In this document: positions 45,779 through 55,966 of the stretch, one piece after another | Layout of the letters: each line of letters starts with the position of its first letter | Position numbering within the stretch: the first letter of the stretch is position 1 | Assembly: GCA_963716925.1 (NCBI GenBank) | Contig: CAVQUX010000015.1 | Location: 308,104 to 372,103 of the forward strand | Source of the DNA: an uncultured Acidobacteriota bacterium | Lineage (GTDB): Bacteria > Acidobacteriota > Vicinamibacteria > Marinacidobacterales > SMYC01 | DNA: 64,000 nucleotides | Direction: 5' to 3' | Notes under the pieces: generated by a model | The model's database searches: none | The model's input: the letters and a program-made list of their open reading frames with translations, nothing else | What the model was told of the DNA's origin: nothing | Translations under genes and position numbers: made by a program

Positions 45779-47180
45779 TCGCCGCGTGAGCCTCCAGAAC
45801 CGAGGCCACGGCCGCCGTCAGCTTCTTCGCGTAGGCGATCTCGAGAAATTCGTTGGGGCCATGAGCGTTGCTCTCGGGACCGAGGACTCCCGTGATGAGG
45901 AACTGGGCCTCGGGGAACTCTCTTCCGAGAGCCCCGATGAAGGGAATCGAGCCTCCGTCGCCGAGGTGCATCGCTTTCTTCCCGAAGAGCGCCTCCGAGC
46001 TCCCGTCCAGCGCTTCGCGAAGCCAGGGAGCGAGCTCGGGCGCGTCCCAGCCTCCCGCGGGCTCGTCGAAGGCGCACGAGACCCGGGCTCCGTAGGGCGG
46101 CTCGCGGGTGAGCGCGTCTCGAACGATGGCCTCGGCTCGCGACGGCGGAAGCGTCGGAGGAATGCGCATCGAGAGCTTCAGCGTGGTGACTGGACGGAGC
46201 ACGTTTCCCGCTTCGCCGAGCTTCGGGATGCCTTCCTGTCCCGTCACCTCGAGCTCGGGTCTCCACGCCCGGTTGAGGAGAAGCTCGACCGGGTCGTCGC
46301 TCACCGGTCTCATTCCGGCTACCCAGGGAAACGCGGATTGGATCTCGTCGCCCAGCGCCGCCGCGACCGCTCTCGCTTCGCCGATCCGCGCCTCCGGGAT
46401 CGTAACCTGGAGCCCGTCCGGTCGAATGACCCCGGTCTTCTCGTCCTCGAGACGGGAGAGGATCTGACGCGCGATCCGGAAGGACGAGGGCACGATTCCG
46501 CTGCCGTCTCCCGAGTGCACTCCTTCGCGGAGAACCTCGACGGTGAGAGCACAGCCCACGACGCCTCTCAAAGAAGTCGTGGACCAGATCTGGTCGTAGC
46601 TCGAGACCCCGGAGTCGAGAGCGACGACGAGTCCCGGGGTCCCGACGACGCTCGAGAGCTCGTCCATGTATGCAGGAAGGTCGGGAGATCCGCTCTCTTC
46701 CGAGAACTCGATGAGGATCACCACTCGAGCGTGGGGGACGCTCTGTTCCTCGAGAGCCCGGATGGCGGCGACGGAGGCGAAGACCGCGTAGCCGTCGTCG
46801 GCGCCGCCTCGCCCGTAGAGGCGATTGCCCTCGCGCACGGGAGACCAGGCGGAGAGGCCGGAGCGCCATCCGGACATCTCCGGCTGCTTGTCGAGGTGGC
46901 CGTACATGAGGACCGTCTCTTCGGAGTCGCCGGGGACCTCGACGACGAGGACGGGCGTGCGCCTCGGGATCTTCCCGACTCGCACGGTGGCGCCTTCGGG
47001 ACGATTCTCCTCGAGCCAGTCCCGGACGAGCGCGAGCGCGCGATCCGTGTGGCCGCTCGTCTCCCAGCCGGCGTCGAACGCGCGCGAGAGAACGGGAATG
47101 CGGATGTACTCGGAGAGCGCGGGAAGGATCCTCTCTTCCCAGAACGAATCCGCGAATGCGCGCGCCTTTTCGATGTCCAT
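45756..47180 (-). CDS. M20-family metallopeptidase (dipeptidase/ArgE/DapE-like)
   Basis: MYGHLDKQP, GRGGADDG and ESGS metal-site motifs; start taken at MDIEKARAF within the longer ORF. Confidence 0.7.
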   Translation of the reverse strand: MDIEKARAFADSFWEERILPALSEYIRIPVLSRAFDAGWETSGHTDRALALVRDWLEENRPEGATVRVGKIPRRTPVLVVEVPGDSEETVLMYGHLDKQPEMSGWRSGLSAWSPVREGNRLYGRGGADDGYAVFASVAAIRALEEQSVPHARVVILIEFSEESGSPDLPAYMDELSSVVGTPGLVVALDSGVSSYDQIWSTTSLRGVVGCALTVEVLREGVHSGDGSGIVPSSFRIARQILSRLEDEKTGVIRPDGLQVTIPEARIGEARAVAAALGDEIQSAFPWVAGMRPVSDDPVELLLNRAWRPELEVTGQEGIPKLGEAGNVLRPVTTLKLSMRIPPTLPPSRAEAIVRDALTREPPYGARVSCAFDEPAGGWDAPELAPWLREALDGSSEALFGKKAMHLGDGGSIPFIGALGREFPEAQFLITGVLGPESNAHGPNEFLEIAYAKKLTAAVASVLEAHAASGGRARG

Positions 47181-48529
47181 CAGATCGCGGGGTGCCTCTG
47201 GTGCCACTCCGTCGCGCGCTCGTAGGCGTGCGCCGCCTGCAGCACCTTGCCTTCCTGGAACGCGGCCCCCGCGAGCTGGAACCCCACGGGAGAATCCGGA
47301 CGAGCGAACCCTCCGGGAATCGAGACCGCGGGAAGACCCATGAGGTCGTAAGGCATGGTGTAGCGGAGGGCGTCGTCGAGCGTGAACCTCCGCCCGGAGA
47401 CCACGGGAAGCCTTCGGTGCTCCCGCCTCACGATGGGATACGTGGGCGAGACCAGGAGGTCGACGGTCGCGAGGGCTCTCGCGTATCCCCTCTGGAACAA
47501 CCGCCGCTGCTGCTGCGCCTTCAAGTAGTCCGCGGCGGGAATCAGCAGCGCCGCCCGGGCGCCTCCGTCGTACTCCTCCGGGTGAGAGCGCATCCAGGGC
47601 TCGTGGGCGACGCCCCATTCGCAGAAGAAGATGGTGTACATCGCGGGCATCATCTCTTCCGGGCTGGGAAGCGCGACCTCCACGATCTCGAAGCCGAGCT
47701 CCGCGAGCTTCTTCACGACCTCGTCGAAGATCCGGAGCACGTCCGGCTCTCCCACTTTCGCCAGATTGCGATCGAGGCCCACCTTGAGTCCTTTGACCGG
47801 ACGCGCCAGCCCGGAAACGTAGTCGCCGCCCGCGACGGCCTCGAGTGCCATCGCCGCGTCCTCGACGGTTCTCGTCAACGTGCCGGCGTGATCGACGCTG
47901 TAGGCGCGGGGGAACATCCCTTCGGTCGAAACGAGGCCGTGCGTCGGCTTGAGCCCGACGATGCCGCAGACACATGCGGGATTGCGGACAGAGCCGCCGT
48001 TGTCGGAGCCCATGGAGAGCGCGGCCATTCCAGCCGCCACCTGGGCCGCGGAGCCGCCGCTCGAACCGCTCGGCGAGAACTCCCGGTTCCAGGGATTCCG
48101 GATATCGCCGTAGTCGGGGTTCTCTCCCGACTCGCCGCCGGCGAACTTGTTCAGGTTCGACTTTCCCATGAGGACGGCTGCCGCGGCAGCGAGCCGCCGG
48201 GTCACCTCGGCGTCCGCGCTCGGGATCCTTCCTTCGAGGAAACGCGCACCCGCCGTCGACGGGATACCCGCGGTGTCGAAGACGTCCTTCAAGCTGATGG
48301 GGATCCCGTGAAGCGGTCCCTTCGCCTCTCCCCGCGCTCTTTCCCGATCGCGGGCTCGGGCCTGCTCGAGGGCCTTCTGCGGGAGGAACGTGATGTAGGT
48401 GTTCAGCTCTCTTTCGATCGCTTCCGTGCGCTCGATGGTCGCCCGGACCAGCTCTTCGGAAGAGATCTCGCGGCGCTCGAGGAGCCTCGAGAGCTCCCGC
48501 ATCGGGCGAAGGAGAAGCTCTCGACTCAC
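47180..48529 (-). CDS. amidase-signature-family amidase (GatA-like)
   Basis: GGSSGGSAAQVAAG and SMGSDNGGSVRNPA amidase signature; intact 449 aa. Confidence 0.8.
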   Translation of the reverse strand: MSRELLLRPMRELSRLLERREISSEELVRATIERTEAIERELNTYITFLPQKALEQARARDRERARGEAKGPLHGIPISLKDVFDTAGIPSTAGARFLEGRIPSADAEVTRRLAAAAAVLMGKSNLNKFAGGESGENPDYGDIRNPWNREFSPSGSSGGSAAQVAAGMAALSMGSDNGGSVRNPACVCGIVGLKPTHGLVSTEGMFPRAYSVDHAGTLTRTVEDAAMALEAVAGGDYVSGLARPVKGLKVGLDRNLAKVGEPDVLRIFDEVVKKLAELGFEIVEVALPSPEEMMPAMYTIFFCEWGVAHEPWMRSHPEEYDGGARAALLIPAADYLKAQQQRRLFQRGYARALATVDLLVSPTYPIVRREHRRLPVVSGRRFTLDDALRYTMPYDLMGLPAVSIPGGFARPDSPVGFQLAGAAFQEGKVLQAAHAYERATEWHQRHPAI

Positions 48530-48768
48530 GGCCTGAGCTCGGGGTCGAACGTCGACGCCGGCTCGACGGCCGGATCGGAGGGAAGCGCGTAGCGATAGGA
48601 CAGGAGAAAAGCTCTGACGCCGGCCTCCTCCCCCGGCATGGGATCGAGGTTCGCGAGAGTCCGCATCATCTGCTTCACCGTCTCCGGCGACAGGTCCTGG
48701 GCTTCGGCCGTTCCCGCACCGAGGGCGGCCGCACCCAGGAGCGAAACCAGAGCCTCCCTTCGCTTCAA
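48526..48768 (-). CDS. small twin-arginine (Tat) signal protein, 80 aa, TTG start
   Basis: MKRREALVSLLGAAALGAGTAEAQD...; TTGA overlap with SDR stop and stop overlapping amidase start; candidate small partner subunit for the downstream amidase. Confidence 0.3.
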   Translation of the reverse strand: MKRREALVSLLGAAALGAGTAEAQDLSPETVKQMMRTLANLDPMPGEEAGVRAFLLSYRYALPSDPAVEPASTFDPELRP

Positions 48769-49574
48769 GGCGGAAGCTCCACCGGAATCACGCGTCCGAT
48801 CACCCAGTCGGCGACGAGGGGAGCGAACCGCTGCAGGAGGACGAGGAACCTTCCTTTGCCGGTGAGGACGATCTCCCGCCGGGGTCTCCGGGCGCATTCG
48901 AAGATCGCGTCGGCGACGCCCTCCGACGACATCGCCGCGCGGTTCGAACGAGGACGCGGGACGCCGTAGTCGATCACGCTGTCGCTGAACTCCGTCTCGG
49001 TATAGCCGGGACAAACGACGGAGACCCGGACTCCGGTTCCCGCGAGCTCGACCCGGAGCGCGTCGGAAAGGCCCTGGAGCGCGTACTTCGTCGCGGCGTA
49101 GGCGCCGGTCATGGGGAGCGCTCTCTTGCCCACGACCGAGGAGACGTTCACGATGAGGCCGCGTCCCCGCCGCCTCATCCCCGGAAGGACGGCCTGGATG
49201 CAGGTGAGGGCGCCGAACGTATTCACGGCGAACAGCCGCTCGATGTCCTCCCGTCTCACCGATTGAAGCGGCGCGTAGAGACCGAAGCCCGCGTTGTTCA
49301 CGAGGACGTCGATCCCCGAGAACGCGCTCTCGATCTCGGCGATCGCCGCGGCGACCCTCTTCTCCTCGGCGACGTCGACGACGGCGATCTTCGCGACGCC
49401 CCCGAGCTCGCGGACGCGCTCCGCGACTCTCGCGAGACGGTCCTCGCGGCGGGCGATGAGCCCGACTTTCGCCCGGGCCCGGGCGAAGCGGCAGGCGGTC
49501 GCCTCCCCGATGCCGCTCGACGCTCCGGTCACGACGACCGAGGGCTCGGCGGGAAGGGTCCAGGGCTCGGGCAT
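48765..49574 (-). CDS. SDR-family short-chain dehydrogenase/reductase
   Basis: TGASSGIGEA, NNAG, SSV, and Y-ATK catalytic motif (YAATK). Confidence 0.8.
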   Translation of the reverse strand: MPEPWTLPAEPSVVVTGASSGIGEATACRFARARAKVGLIARREDRLARVAERVRELGGVAKIAVVDVAEEKRVAAAIAEIESAFSGIDVLVNNAGFGLYAPLQSVRREDIERLFAVNTFGALTCIQAVLPGMRRRGRGLIVNVSSVVGKRALPMTGAYAATKYALQGLSDALRVELAGTGVRVSVVCPGYTETEFSDSVIDYGVPRPRSNRAAMSSEGVADAIFECARRPRREIVLTGKGRFLVLLQRFAPLVADWVIGRVIPVELPP

Positions 49575-49635
49575 GTCCCCCCGTTTCTATCACGATTCCC
49601 GGAGGAGCTTCAGGTACAGGGCTTCGTCGAGAAGG

Positions 49636-51096
49636 TCACCGCTCGTAGGATTCGCGCCGCGAAGACTCCGAGAGGGGAATGAGAAAGCGGAGTGGGTCGG
49701 GGAGGATCTTGGCTCGGGCGGAGGCGAGCGACCTCTCGCCCGCGTAGCTCACCGCCGACTGGAGGTGGCCGCGGATGCGCCTCAGGACGTCGACGACGCT
49801 TCCCTTGTAGGCCACCTGAATCTCCATCCCCTCCGCCGGCGTCGCCAGGGCGGAAGCGAGCTCTTCCCCGTTTCCGGGATCCTCGAGGGACTGGAAGACC
49901 GCCTGGGGCGAGGTCATGCCGCGGTACATCTTCCGCTTCTGGTGCGTGGCGGGATCTTCGATCAGGTGTCCCGGCGATTCGTCGGTTCCGGAAAGGGCGC
50001 TTCCGAGCATTACCGAGGAAGCGCCGGCGATGAGGGCGAGAAAGATGTCCTTGTCGTGGGCGATCCCTCCGTCGGCGACGATGGGGACTTCATCGCCGAC
50101 GGCGCAGTAGGCCTCCCGGATCGCCTGGAGCTGCGGAACCCCGGCGGCGGTCTCGAGCCGGGTCCGGCAGCCGCGGCCCGGTCCCACGCCCACCTTGATG
50201 GCGTCGACGCCGCAATCGGCGAGGAACCGGGCGCCCTCGTAGGTCGCCACGTTTCCGCAGAGGAGGGGCGTCGATTCGAATCGCGCGCGCAGCGCGGCGA
50301 TGGCCTTCTCCATGACCTCCGAGTGGGCGTGGGCGATGTCGATGCACAGGATGTCGACCTCGGCCTCGACCAGCGCCCGCGCGCGCTCGAGAAAATCGCC
50401 CCGGGCTCCGATCGCCGCGCCCACCAGGAGCCGGCCTTTTCCGTCCTTGGTCGAGAACGGGCGGTTCCGGAAGAACAGGATGTCGCGGAGGGTGATGAGC
50501 CCGCGGATTCTCCGGGCTTCGTCCACCAGGGGCAGGCGCTCGATCCGCTTTTCGAACATGAGGCGCTCCGCCTCGTCCTCGCCGATCCCCGGCGGGCTGA
50601 CGTGAAGCCGCTCGAAAGGAGTCATGAACTCGTCGACCGGCCGATCGTCGAGGCCGGAGCGCCGGGGAATGTCCCGGTTCGTGAGCAGCCCGGCCAGAGC
50701 TCCGCTTCCCGGGGTCTCCTCGATGAGGATGGCGGTGATATGGTGGCGTCGGGCGAAGGCTTTCGCCTCGCGGATCGAAACACCGCGCGGAAGCCGCAGC
50801 GGGCTCTCGATGACGGCGCTGTGGCTTCGCTTCACGCGCCGCACCATCTCCGCCTGGCGCTCGACGCTCATCGCCCGGTGGACGATTCCGATGCCGCCCT
50901 CGAGCGCCATGCACCGCGCCATCTCCCACTCGGTGACGCTGTCCATGTTGGAAGAGACCACCGGGAGCTCGAACGAGCTCCGCCGGGCGAGCTTCGAAGC
51001 GAGAGAGATCTCGGTGCGGCTCGCGACCCGCCCTTTCTGGGGGCGGAACAGGAAGTCGCTGTAGGTTCTTCCGACGAAGCGAGGGTCGAGGTCCAT
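49636..51096 (-). CDS. guaB: IMP dehydrogenase with CBS pair
   Basis: GIGIVHR, CBS segments, catalytic [11 protein letters not shown] loop, [24 protein letters not shown]; start taken at [14 protein letters not shown] within ORF 49636-51783. Confidence 0.8.
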   Translation of the reverse strand: MDLDPRFVGRTYSDFLFRPQKGRVASRTEISLASKLARRSSFELPVVSSNMDSVTEWEMARCMALEGGIGIVHRAMSVERQAEMVRRVKRSHSAVIESPLRLPRGVSIREAKAFARRHHITAILIEETPGSGALAGLLTNRDIPRRSGLDDRPVDEFMTPFERLHVSPPGIGEDEAERLMFEKRIERLPLVDEARRIRGLITLRDILFFRNRPFSTKDGKGRLLVGAAIGARGDFLERARALVEAEVDILCIDIAHAHSEVMEKAIAALRARFESTPLLCGNVATYEGARFLADCGVDAIKVGVGPGRGCRTRLETAAGVPQLQAIREAYCAVGDEVPIVADGGIAHDKDIFLALIAGASSVMLGSALSGTDESPGHLIEDPATHQKRKMYRGMTSPQAVFQSLEDPGNGEELASALATPAEGMEIQVAYKGSVVDVLRRIRGHLQSAVSYAGERSLASARAKILPDPLRFLIPLSESSRRESYER

Positions 51097-51172
51097 GGTT
51101 CGGTGCCTGCCTACATGATCGCAATCCATTCGAAAACGATCAACTTGATAGAATGGCGCCCGGCGATGCGCG

Positions 51173-51894
51173 ACCCTCTGAGCTCCATTCCGGCACTCAC
51201 GCCCGAGCAGCGGGTCGAGCTCGGCCGATCGATGGTCGAGGACTTCGCGGTCGACCCGATCCAGATTCTGGAGAGCGCCGCCCGTCACTTCGCCCACCTC
51301 GCGCGGGACCGGTTCCTCGCGGGCGATGCCCGGGAGAAGAGCGTCGTGGTGCTCGCGGGAGCCGGAGGGCAGGGGAGAGTCGCCCTCGCCGCCGCTCGCA
51401 GGCTTTCGAGCTGGGGGGCCTCGGTCGAAGTCTTCCTGCTGCGGGAGCGCTCCCGTCAGAGCGCTCTCGGCCTTCGTCTTCTCGAGACCCTCGACCGCAT
51501 GAAGGTGACGGTGAGGGATTCCTCGGAGCCCCTCGCGGCCGGGGATCCCGAGGCGATCCTCGAGGGCGCGGTCGGCTTCGGCCTTCGCGGCCGTCCCCGA
51601 GAAGACCTCGCGGATGCCCTCCGCTGGGCCGCGGCCCAGCGGATTCCGGTCCTTTCGCTCGAGGTCCCCGCGGGGATGGACGCGGGCACCGGCTCGGTCT
51701 CCTCGCCTTCGATCAAGGCGACGGCGACGCTCGCCCTTGCACTTCCGCTGAAGGGGGTTACCACTCACGGGGCCGAAGAGCATCGAGGCGAGCTCTATCT
51801 CGGCGACCTCGGAGCTCCCGAGATGGCGATTCGCCGGCTCGGCCTCAAGGTCGGCCCGATCTTTTCCCAGACGGATCTACTGCGGCTCGCGTGA
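51173..51894 (+). CDS. NAD(P)H-hydrate epimerase (YjeF N-terminal domain)
   Basis: LTPEQRVELGRSMVEDF, VVLAGAGGQG, ILEGAVGFGL and SLEVPAGMDAGTG motifs. Confidence 0.65.
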
Positions 51895-51928
51895 GCGGCG
51901 GGGAGGAGGCCATCTGAGCGAGCAAACG

Positions 51929-52459
51929 TTGGACCGCGGCACGGAGCGCAGGGCCTTCGCCGTGATCGCCGTTCTGAGCGCCGCCGTCCTCGCGTACCTC
52001 TTCTGGCTCCTTTACGGGAGAGAGGGCTCGAGCGAGGCGCCTTCCTGGACGTCGTCGCTCCCGGCGCTGAACGCCGCCCTGAACGGAACCAGCGCCCTTC
52101 TCCTGGTCTCGGGCTTCCTCGCGATCCGCCGGCGGCGGCGCGAGCTCCACATGAAGCTCATGCTCGGGGCGCTTCTCGTCGCGGCCGTCTTTCTCGCGAG
52201 CTACGTGCTCTATCATCATTATCACGGGGACACCCCCTTCGAGGGCGAGGGCGTGGTGCGCCCGATCTACTTCTTCGTCCTCGTGACCCATATCCTCGGC
52301 TCGATGGTCGCTCTCCCGATGGTTCTCACGACGCTCTTCTTCGCGTTCACCCGACGATTCGAGCGGCACCGTCGACTCGCCCGGTACACCTTTCCGCTCT
52401 GGCTCTACGTTTCCGTCACCGGGGTCCTGGTGTTCTTTCTCCTGAGCCGGTTCGGCTGA
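51929..52459 (+). CDS. DUF420-family membrane protein
   Basis: Four TM helices; 176 aa; pattern typical of DUF420 proteins associated with heme-copper oxidase loci. Confidence 0.5.
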   Translation: MDRGTERRAFAVIAVLSAAVLAYLFWLLYGREGSSEAPSWTSSLPALNAALNGTSALLLVSGFLAIRRRRRELHMKLMLGALLVAAVFLASYVLYHHYHGDTPFEGEGVVRPIYFFVLVTHILGSMVALPMVLTTLFFAFTRRFERHRRLARYTFPLWLYVSVTGVLVFFLLSRFG

Positions 52460-52500
52460 CGTCGCCTTCTCGATCTGATAGCCTGATCGAGGCTCGCACC

Positions 52501-53874
52501 ATGGGAAACCTCTCGCTTCTTGCCGTCCTGCCTTTGCTCTGGAGCGGAGCCGATCTGTGGACGCGCCCCCCGGAGGTTCTTCGGAGCCGCCTGACCCGCT
52601 TCGAGGCGAAGGAGCTCTCGGGCGAGGTTGTTCGTCTCGAGCTCTTCGAGCGCGAAGCGGTCGAGGCGGTGCGCGACAGGCTCGTGCCCGTCGGTCCGGA
52701 GGCGTTCACCTGGGTCGGATCCGTTCGGGGCGATGAGACGAGCTCCGTGGTGCTCTCGGTCTTCCGGGGCGTTCTCTCGGGGAGCGTTCGCCTGGGTTCG
52801 GCGCAATATCGCATCCGGCCGCAAGGCGCGGGGCTGCACCGCATCGAGGAAGTAGCTCCCTCGTCGGAGCCGCCGGAGCGCCAGCCGCTGACTCCGGGCC
52901 GGACCTCACGTCCTCCCGCGGCCGACGGCCTCGACGATGGAACTGAGCTGGATCTGCTCGTGGTGTACACGCCCGGGGCGCTACGAGCGGCGGGAGGCTC
53001 CGACGCGATCGCCTCTCTCGTCGCGCTCGGCGTCGCGGAGGCGAACCTGGCGCTCGAGAAGAGCGAGGTCGAGACCCGGCTGAGGCTGGTCGAGCTCGCG
53101 GAGGTTCCGTTCGCGGAGGCGGGCCGAGCGGAGTCGGATCTCGAGATCCTGAAACAGGAGAACGACGGCGCCCTCGACGAAGTGCACCAGCTGCGCGACG
53201 CCTACGGAGCGGACCTGGTGCAGCTGGTGGTCGAGGAGGGAGACGGCTGCGGAATCGCCTATTCGATGGGGCGGGCGGGGGCTTCGTTCTCTGAGTGGGC
53301 GTTCTCCGTGGTCGAAAGGAGCTGCATCGACACCACCTACGCGATGGCGCACGAGCTCGGTCACAACCTCGGCTGCGATCACGCGCCCGAAGACCCGACG
53401 ACGAAGAGCGCCTTCGCGTACTCGTTCGGCTACAAGGATCTGTCCGCGGGATTTCGCACCATCATGGCCTACGGTCCGGGAAGGCGGGTCGCGCGCTTCT
53501 CGAATCCGCGGGTCCTCTTCGGCGGCGTTCCCGCGGGGACCGAGCGGCAGGACAATGCCCGCTCACTGAACGTGCTCCGTGCCACCGCCGCGCGCTTCCG
53601 GCGCGGCCTTCCGCCTCCCCGCGTGATCTCGACGGCCCTGGTCGATGAGGATGCGCTTCGTATTCGACTCGCTTCCGAGGGGGCGCGCATCACCGAGTGG
53701 CGGCTTCTCGTGGGTAGGTCGAAGGGGGCGAGGGACGTGGCCGACAGCGGACCGTTGAGAGTCGAAGATTTCTTCGATGTGCCGCGCCCGCCCGGCGACA
53801 GCGCATTCTTCGCGAGGTTGTGGTATCGACGCGGAGCCGTCTGGTTCTTTCAGGACTCTTCCTTGTCCCCGTAG
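52501..53874 (+). CDS. secreted reprolysin-like (metzincin) zinc metalloprotease
   Basis: Signal peptide; HELGHNLGCDH (HExxHxxGxxH) zinc-binding motif. Confidence 0.65.
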   Translation: MGNLSLLAVLPLLWSGADLWTRPPEVLRSRLTRFEAKELSGEVVRLELFEREAVEAVRDRLVPVGPEAFTWVGSVRGDETSSVVLSVFRGVLSGSVRLGSAQYRIRPQGAGLHRIEEVAPSSEPPERQPLTPGRTSRPPAADGLDDGTELDLLVVYTPGALRAAGGSDAIASLVALGVAEANLALEKSEVETRLRLVELAEVPFAEAGRAESDLEILKQENDGALDEVHQLRDAYGADLVQLVVEEGDGCGIAYSMGRAGASFSEWAFSVVERSCIDTTYAMAHELGHNLGCDHAPEDPTTKSAFAYSFGYKDLSAGFRTIMAYGPGRRVARFSNPRVLFGGVPAGTERQDNARSLNVLRATAARFRRGLPPPRVISTALVDEDALRIRLASEGARITEWRLLVGRSKGARDVADSGPLRVEDFFDVPRPPGDSAFFARLWYRRGAVWFFQDSSLSP

Positions 53875-53925
53875 AATTCCGGTTCCTCGTTCATCGCGCG
53901 CTATACTGCTGCGGGCGTCCGAGTC

Positions 53926-53945
53926 GGAATTCAAAGAATTGAATT
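53926..53945. promoter_or_regulatory. perfect 8-bp inverted repeat GAATTCAA-N4-TTGAATTC (candidate operator)
   Basis: AT-rich palindrome in GC-rich DNA, about 95 bp upstream of the DUF2911 gene; ACGTAACGACGTAAC direct repeat nearby. Confidence 0.35.
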
Positions 53946-54037
53946 CTCTCCACCTCGCATCGACACCCGTGCTCGGACCCTCGATCGAATCCCTCAACCC
54001 AGAAAACGTAACGACGTAACAAGGAGTTGGACGAACG

Positions 54038-54610
54038 ATGATGACGAAACGAATCGCCATGGCGGTGGCCCTCACGGCTGTCGCGGGTATGGCCATCTCC
54101 CAGCAGGGCCAGCCCCGAGGCAAGGCGGAGGCCACGATCAACGGCAAGAAGGTCGTGATCGACTACGGCCGTCCCGCCCTCAAAGGCCGGACGCTCGACG
54201 CGCTCATGAAGGACCTGCCCGAGGATCGCATCTGGCGCGCCGGGGAGAACCAGGTGACGACCCTCGACACGCAGACCGCCCTCAACATCGGCGGCAAGCC
54301 CGTTCCCGCCGGCAAGTACAGCCTCTACGTCCACGCTCCCGCGCAGGGCGACTGGGCTCTCGTGGTCAACAAGAACCTCGGCATCCCTCTGGGAGAAATC
54401 TGGGCCGAGGCTCCCGCGGAGATGAAAAAAGAGCTCTGGCCGAGGCTCGACGGCTACGGCAAGGTGACGAAGGACGAGGTCGCGCGAGTGGCGATGAAGA
54501 AGGGGACCGGCCCTGCGGCCGACGTCTTCACCATCGCCATCAAGGGCGATGCGCTCACGCTCTCGTGGGCTGCCACGACCTGGACCACGACCATCAAGGC
54601 CGGCACCTAG
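54038..54610 (+). CDS. DUF2911-family secreted protein
   Basis: Signal peptide; VVIDYGRPALKGR...WRAGENQVT...AGKYSL...WALVVNKN pattern. Confidence 0.55.
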   Translation: MMTKRIAMAVALTAVAGMAISQQGQPRGKAEATINGKKVVIDYGRPALKGRTLDALMKDLPEDRIWRAGENQVTTLDTQTALNIGGKPVPAGKYSLYVHAPAQGDWALVVNKNLGIPLGEIWAEAPAEMKKELWPRLDGYGKVTKDEVARVAMKKGTGPAADVFTIAIKGDALTLSWAATTWTTTIKAGT

Positions 54611-54619
54611 CTTTTCGGG

Positions 54620-54648
54620 CGGCGGGGCCTCTGACGGAGGCTCCGCCG
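54620..54648 (+). terminator. GC-rich hairpin (12-bp stem, 1 mismatch) 10 bp after the DUF2911 stop
   Basis: CGGCGGGGCCTC-tgacg-GAGGCTCCGCCG; no clear U-tract. Confidence 0.3.
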
Positions 54649-54715
54649 TCATCGAACCTCCAGTCGCCGTCGCATCCCCGGGCCGTTGGGGTTGGTGCCC
54701 CGCGGGGCGGATGCA

Positions 54716-55819
54716 TCAGTGATTCGTCTCGGGTTTTCCCGTGGTGAGCGAAGAGACCGGCGCGTCAACAAGCTCATCGAAAGAGTGAGCGTGGGTGGAC
54801 TCCGGCTCCTTGAGGGGATTGCTCCGGAGAGACTTCAGCCACTGTCGCAACCGCGGCTCTTCCTTCGCGCCTCTTTGGGCGATGTCGTCCGTCGCGCTCT
54901 CGAGGTCCTCGAGCTTCCTCATGATGGCATCGAGCTGCGCCGCCATGCGGAGCAGGAGGCTCCCCTCGAATCCCAACGCTCCCGTCGCTTGATCGTAGCT
55001 GCCGTCGGCGATGGGCTTCAGGTTCAAATCCGCGACGGATTGATCGACGTGCGAGTCCTTGAGCACCTGGACTTCTTCCACGTAGCCCACGAGGAGCGAG
55101 CGCTCGCAGACGATGTTGATGAGACGGGGCACGCCCCGGGTGGCGTTGTGGATCCGCTCCACCGCGTCGACGCTGAACATGTCGGGGTTGGGCGCGCCGA
55201 CGACGTCGAGACGGTGCCTTATGTACGAGCGGGTGTGCGCGAGGCTCATCGGCTCCACCCAGCAGCGCACCACCGCCCTTTGACTCAGCGATTCCAGGTC
55301 GGGAGTCCGGAACTTGCGCTCGAGCGAGGGAAGCCCCGCGAGAACGATCTCGAGGAGCTTCTTGTTCTTGTGCTCGAGATTGGTCAGATGGCGAAGCTCT
55401 TCGAACTGGCCGTCCGTCAGACCCTGCGCCTCGTCGATCAGGACCACCACCGTTCGTCCGGCGGTCACCTGTCCCCGGAGAAAGATGTCGAGGTACTGAG
55501 ATACCGTTTCCGTCGATTCCTGGGGTCGGCACGGCACCAGGAGCGCCCGCGCGACCTGCCGGATCAGGGACGACTCGCCCACGGCGACGTCCGAGAGGAA
55601 CACCCCGTTGAGCTGTCGGGTGAACGTCCGCAGGAGCCGGAGCAGAAGAGTCGTTTTGCCCGTGCCCGGCTCCCCGAGAAGAATAGCCAGGCCGTGCCGT
55701 TCCTCGATGGAGTAGCAGATCTCGTTCAGAGCAACCTGGTGGGCCTCGCCGTAGTAGTAAGCGGGGTCGTGGGTCAGCTTGAACGGCTTGTCGCGGAAAC
55801 CATAATGATGAAGGTACAT
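54716..55819 (-). CDS. ExeA/GspA-like AAA ATPase (AAA_22 family)
   Basis: MYLHHYGFRDKPFKLTHDPAYYYGEAHQVALNEI N-terminus, Walker A GEPGTGKTTL, Walker B VVLIDEAQ. Confidence 0.65.
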   Translation of the reverse strand: MYLHHYGFRDKPFKLTHDPAYYYGEAHQVALNEICYSIEERHGLAILLGEPGTGKTTLLLRLLRTFTRQLNGVFLSDVAVGESSLIRQVARALLVPCRPQESTETVSQYLDIFLRGQVTAGRTVVVLIDEAQGLTDGQFEELRHLTNLEHKNKKLLEIVLAGLPSLERKFRTPDLESLSQRAVVRCWVEPMSLAHTRSYIRHRLDVVGAPNPDMFSVDAVERIHNATRGVPRLINIVCERSLLVGYVEEVQVLKDSHVDQSVADLNLKPIADGSYDQATGALGFEGSLLLRMAAQLDAIMRKLEDLESATDDIAQRGAKEEPRLRQWLKSLRSNPLKEPESTHAHSFDELVDAPVSSLTTGKPETNH

Positions 55820-55929
55820 GGCGCTCGCCTTACATAAAAGATGAGTTCAGAAGAGAGCCGTACTAGATCCGTGGGGTGGGGCATTCTACACCAAAAGGCA
55901 CTTCCAAGTGAAACGCTCCTTCGTCAGGG

Positions 55930-55954
55930 GGAACTTTCGCGGGGTTCCCGCGTT
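55930..55954 (+). promoter_or_regulatory. candidate ECF-sigma-type promoter GGAAC-N16-CGTT (autoregulatory)
   Basis: GGAACTTTCGCGGGGTTCCCGCGTT ending 13 bp before the ECF sigma ATG. Confidence 0.35.
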
Positions 55955-55966
55955 GAACCCATTGAA

